This document shows positions 58,429 through 64,000 of a stretch of 64,000 bases of DNA, piece after piece. The notes beneath the pieces are model-generated. The model did not search any database and was not told the DNA's origin. It saw nothing but the letters and a program-made list of their open reading frames with translations. The stretch comes from the human T2T-CHM13v2.0 reference genome, Homo sapiens. The stretch's first letter is position 1, and each line of letters begins with the position of its first letter. Position numbers and translations under genes: made by a program. The stretch lies in assembly GCF_009914755.1 (NCBI RefSeq), contig NC_060931.1; one strand, written 5' to 3'.

Positions 58429-59108
58429 CTAAGTAGGGAATTATGACAAGCACACCAGGGCCGTTACATGACTCTGCACTCCTGCTATTTAAGCATGATC
58501 TATGTTCTTAGCTGTAAATTCTAAATCAAATACATGAAATGAAAGGGTACTCCACACATTCACATTTCTGGATGCAAAAAGAGATACACAATTATGCAAA
58601 TATAATGCCTGCTTTTGTTCAGTGCTTTAAAATGCCAAGCCATTAGAACATCTTAAAAATACAAAACGTGTAAAAATCTTTTAACGACATGCTTATTACA
58701 ACCCAATTTGGCATAACATGAAAATATTGGTTATAGCAAATTTTAAAAGCTTTTCAGGCACATTTCCCCAGTAAGATAAAGGTTTATAATTATAATGTGA
58801 TTGAATATATAACCCTTGTCATGTCTCTCAGGGTTAACTTACTAGAATTCCCCACACTTAATGTAAATAAGGCCAACCAAATCCAGGATGGAGCTAAAAA
58901 ATGCTTTTGCCTATTAGTGACTATAATAAAGAACAAAATGAATTTAGGAACTGAAATTAGGTTCCCAAGAAGCCCCAGGGTAATGACCTCTATGGCACTG
59001 TGAAAACATTTTTTTAAATTACTTGAACTTGTTTACACTGATGCTTTTATAGCACAGCTACTTTCAAGGGATGCCTGAAATCAACAATCTTACTCTCTAA
59101 CTGGTTCA

Positions 59109-59114
59109 GAAAAA

Positions 59115-59150
<36 letters not shown>
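59109..59150. repeat. (A)n(TA)n compound microsatellite
   Basis: A-run followed by about 14 TA units. Confidence 0.93.
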
Positions 59151-59153
<3 letters not shown>

Positions 59154-60813
59154 ATATTAAAAAAAAATAATGGAAGAAGCTCTTCCAGTAAGAGGTTTTT
59201 GTTTTTGTTTTTTCCCTGGGGACAGAAACAAGAAACCAATCATGCCATCTAATTTCTCAATCTTCCTGCTGCCAATCCCTAGCTCCCTTTAATGGAAGCC
59301 ATTAATATTTAAATAACCAGGGTAGTTACAGCACTTCCCTTGTAAGCAGATGTTGACTCAAAGATGTTAAAAAAGGAAAACAGGTAAAACTGGTCCTGTT
59401 TTAATTGATATAAATCTAATACATAAAAGTAAGAATTGGGTCAATTTAGTAGATCTCATTAACATTTAATCAAATAACTATCTGAGTCATGGTTTCCCAT
59501 GCAGGTGAATTAAAGCACCGACATACTTCATTTTACAGTTCTCATTCAACAGTCAGAATTCCTGAACTGTGCTTAGCTGTTATCTCTCCTTATGAGAATG
59601 AAAGCTATTATCATAAATGGAGAAGTGGGTTTTTTAAACACCCTCTCATATGTTTTTGCTTATCCTAAATTAGCATGAGTCCTTTTATTTATTGAACATT
59701 TATTGAGCAATTTCTAAACCAACAAACCTTATACTAGACAGAGGATATCTCCCACAGAAAGTTGAAAAAGAAAATTGTTAACCCTACACTTTATCATACC
59801 TACTTGAAATAATATGAAAACAGTGGTGCTATTTCCAGTTCAAACATATCATATTGAAGAATTCAAACAAAATGTTCTTCTTAATAAATGTTTAGAAACA
59901 GAATAAAATCTGGGTAAATACAAAACAATATCAACAGAATCAAAGACTCTAAAGGTCAAAAGTATATAATTTGCTAAAATTGTCTTACTAAACCTTAAAT
60001 ATTAAAGTTGAAAATCATGTGTCCAATGTATGATTTTTGATATGGAACAAAGCTATTTATCCACAGTGTTCTTTAGAATAATAAAAATTGTCAATAAATA
60101 AAATTTCCAACAGTAAGACATCAGATAAGTTACTATATACCAAAAAGATAAAATTATTATACATACAGCAATTAAAATGATTCTACTAAGAATGTTTTGA
60201 AAAATATGATAAAATATTATTAGGTAAAGAAAAGCAGGATATTAGATTGGATATATGGTTTTTTTCCTTATTTAATACTTCTTAATAATTTCTAAATTTT
60301 CTACAAAAATTTTATACTCAGAAAAAAGGTAATTTTGTTGCTTTTTTAAAAAAACAAAGTGAAGCAACTGCTAGACATGGCAGAAAAAGTGCTTATTCCT
60401 TATTACTACCTGGGTATGACCTCTTCTGTTTCCTAGGAATAAGGTTCTATTTGTACTTCTAGAATAGCTTCTTCTTTCTCTAACATTCTGTTAAGATATG
60501 TCCTGATCTCCTAAAGCCACAGAATCCCAGAGACTCAAAGTAAATTTTCTCTTCGGCAAATCAGAAGGCTCTGCATAAATGTGAGATGCTATTATAATAA
60601 TATTTATTATCATATCTGAATTTCATTCTGCCTGGAGTACAGTTCATAATGAGAGTGCATATAGTTGGTACTAAGCAAATATTATTGAATTGATGAATCT
60701 AAATAAGGAACCATATTTTAGACCTACAAGATATTAAATGTTCATGTGGTCCAGTTCCTTCATCTTCAGATTAGAAAACTTTTACCAAGGAGTAACTGAC
60801 TTGATCAAGATGA

Positions 60814-61184
<371 letters not shown>

Positions 61185-61447
61185 TACTCTCCCACCTTTA
61201 TTCCAGATATATTCAAATATTCTGACTCTTACTGTCTCAATAGATAATAACAGCCTGTAATAGTCTTAAATCCCTTTTATGGATTGTTAAAGGATGGAGT
61301 AAATAAATAAACAAATGAATAAAAAGAAACGTTGATAAGTAAATCTGTCTAGAGTAGTCTGGTTTTTAGAAACAACTCTGTAATAACCCAGGTCCTGCCA
61401 TGACTCATCCGAGGACCTTGGTAAGACAGTAACTTCTCTGGGTCCCA

Positions 61448-61855
61448 CCTGATGTGCTCAAGCCAGCGCAAGAGAGCTGATGGTTAAATTTTCAGAAATA
61501 TTGAGAGTCAGTTGTTCAACAGAGCCACCGTTAACAATTAAACTGTTATTGAAGAAGTTACATTTTAAAACATATGTTCAAAGTACTCAAAACTTATCAT
61601 TTCCTAATGATTTTACTACATTTTACTATTATCTGTGATCTAGAGTTATGTTTTTTGTATCTGTGTGGTAGACAGATTACACATATGATGATTTGCTTCT
61701 GGGCATCTTTTTCCAACTATGTGTTCAGTAATCTTGTTGGTAGCTTGAAATCAACTATGGTAGGAGTATTTATACCACAGTAACCAGCAAACACCAGAAA
61801 TCAGGCCTTCTTTTTTTCAGACTGCCAATTGTTAAACATTTACCTGCACATACTG
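61448..61855 (+). mobile_element. MER63-like hAT transposon
   Basis: GATGTGCT...GAGAGCTGATGGTTAAATTTTCAG...TTGTTAAACATTTACCTGCACATACTG. Confidence 0.7.
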
Positions 61856-62249
61856 GGCTCATCTTCATTATTGGTAAAATGAGCTAGATGCTATTTTCCA
61901 TTAGCTCACACTCCAATTCCAATCGACCTGACCATCAGAAGAGACAAAAAGGGAAAATCCTGGCCAGTTCTCCCCTACCTGATCAACCAGTAGCATAATC
62001 AGATTTGCAAGACCTCAAGAAAAGAAACCTGAAAATGCCACTGGAGGTGTGTGTTTTGCCAAAGAAAAAAGAATCAAAAACAAAACCTGCAGGATGAGGA
62101 CAAACAAACAAAGAGCAGGTATTTAAACCAGCCTTATATTCTCCCCTTCACTCGTTTCCACTTCCCCACTTTACACTATCGATTACTCCAATCAAAGGAT
62201 ACATATCTTTCATATAATAACCATTGTAGCTGCAATTAAAATAGTTATT

Positions 62250-62383
62250 GCCCGGCACATTGGCTCATGCCTGTAATCCTGGCACTTTGGGAGGCCAAGG
62301 CGGGAGGATCCCTTGAGCCCAGGAGTTTATTTATTTATTTATTTAAGGGACAGAGTCTCACTATGTTGACACCCTGGACAACA
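62250..62383. mobile_element. FLAM_C-like Alu monomer with inverted 3' part
   Basis: 62250-62327 is the sense 5' part; 62326-62370 is the reverse-complemented 3' part with (AAAT)n tail. Confidence 0.75.
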
Positions 62384-63023
62384 CTCTTGAAGTACTCTTT
62401 TCCCAGGGAGGACACAGTCATGGCATGCAAGGTAAAGGGCAACCTTTTGCTGAAGTGGCACTGAGACACGCCTATCTCCTTTTCACAGGTTCCTCTCTGG
62501 CATCAGACAGTGATGTCTAATCTCTCTAACGAATTAGTCATCCCTGTCTCTGCCACCATATCCTTGGATGTGCAGGAAAAGGAAACTAGAGGTGTGTGGC
62601 AGGGAGAGAATGAGAAAAATCAGGAAGAGGAGAAAATAATATAATCTGACACCACAGTCTAGAGCTTTTCCTTGAAATCCCACTCCAACCAGAAGGGAAA
62701 TTTAAGTGGGCATGTGGTGGAAAGTAAAATGTAAACATTATCCCAACATGTTCTTCAACAGTTTTGAAATAGAAGGGCCATGCCTGTGACTAAAGGCACC
62801 ATCATGATAATGATACCAGTTAATAGCTACCAATTACTGAATGCTTACTATGTACAAAAAACTGTACTGATTGCTTTATATTTTTTATTTCTAACCAGGA
62901 AGGTAAGGGTTACAAACAACCTTACCTTGTCATCTCATTTTATAGACGAGATACCGATCCTCAGAGAATCTAAGTGATTTGCTCAGGTTCACAGTTAGTA
63001 AGTGGTAAAGCAAGGAACTGAGG

Positions 63024-63564
63024 TGTCGGGGCTCACAACATGATAACCCAAAATAATGGCACCTTGGCACAGTGAGTATTTTAAACAGCAGGAAATTGAA
63101 AAAACAGCAGAAGCAGGAAGGCTGCTCTCCGACCTTTTCCCACCTTTTTCTCCTGAGAGCTGGCCATGAAAGAATTCTCTGACCTACTTCCCCTGAAAGT
63201 AGGTCATAAGACCCTCATTCCAGAGGGGTCCTGCCCTATACCCAGAGGGAAGGAATGTCACACCGAGGCTGAAAGGAATCTGAACAAATAGGCCTCGCTG
63301 AGTTCCCCAGATTATTACTATTAGATCACACTCTTTTGTCCTCCAATTACACTTCTGCACAACTGTCCCTAAACACACATGGTTTTCCCTGGGTCCTTGG
63401 GGCTTCGTTTTCTGAAGGTTTCTGTGTCACTGAAAACTTACATTAAATATAACTTTTATACTTTTCCCATTTAATCTTTTTTTTTTTTCTTTTTATTTGT
63501 TATAGGGGCTCAGCCATGAACCTTGTGATGGATGAGGAAAAGATATTCTTTTTCTCCCCTTACA
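63024..63564 (+). mobile_element. MER39/MER34-family ERV1 5' LTR, followed by PBS-like site and internal sequence
   Basis: TGTCGGGGCTCAC...ACCCAAAATAATGGC...GACCTACTTCCCCTGAAAGTAGGTC...CCCCTTACA; then GTTTC-TGGCAGCCAACATGGGG. Confidence 0.8.
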
Positions 63565-63663
63565 GTTTCTGGCAGCCAACATGGGGTGGCTGTGACACCC
63601 CACTAGTTCCAGAACCTGCAGATGAGATCCTGGGACAACCAATAAAAAAACAACAAAAAGTTA

Positions 63664-63699
<36 letters not shown>

Positions 63700-63924
63700 C
63701 AAGATCAGCTCTCTTGGATCTCTGCTTCTAGGTAGGGATTTCCTTTCCAAATTCAGATTAGCAGAAGAAAATCATTTGTTTGGATTGTGACTCATGTAAA
63801 TCTGATTTGGGGATACCCATTAGTTATTGATCCTTTCCCTCCCAGGGACAGCTATCTCATTCCTGTTTCTCTCCTTTTGTTTCCTGAGTGCTTCGCTTCA
63901 TGAGTGGTGACAAAACTCTCTCTG

Positions 63925-64000
63925 GGCCCGGCATGATGGCTTATGCCTGTAATCCCAGCACTTTGGGAGGCCAAGGCAGGCAGATCACTTGAGGTCAAGA
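63925..64000 (+). mobile_element. Alu 5' end (cut by window edge)
   Basis: GGCCCGGCATGATGGCTTATGCCTGTAATCCCAGCAC. Confidence 0.9.

Overview
Human (primate) genomic DNA lying entirely inside the minus-strand CPVL gene (carboxypeptidase vitellogenic-like, peptidase family S10). Nine coding exons can be reconstructed directly from the sequence. All have GT-AG boundaries and sum to 963 nt (codons 1-321): signal peptide, [10 protein letters not shown] motif, and GESYAG with the catalytic Ser204. The 5' non-coding exon/promoter (no CpG island seen) is probably beyond the right end, and the remaining coding exons lie beyond the left end. The rest is intron, rich in Alu, MIR, L2, L1, LTR and hAT elements; almost all ORFs in the supplied track are repeat-derived noise. 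I see no convincing novel biological system. Best leads: a 232-bp, 99%-identical local duplication carrying AP-1/ETS motifs; a MER53 hairpin carrying a near-exact miR-1302 sequence on the CPVL sense strand; a possible spliced antisense transcript built from LTR parts; a twin-primed inverted L1; an AluYd-type young Alu; and an unexplained ~50-bp direct repeat 2.8 kb apart. Repeat subfamily names come from recalled consensus sequences and repeat boundaries are approximate; both need RepeatMasker/Dfam confirmation.
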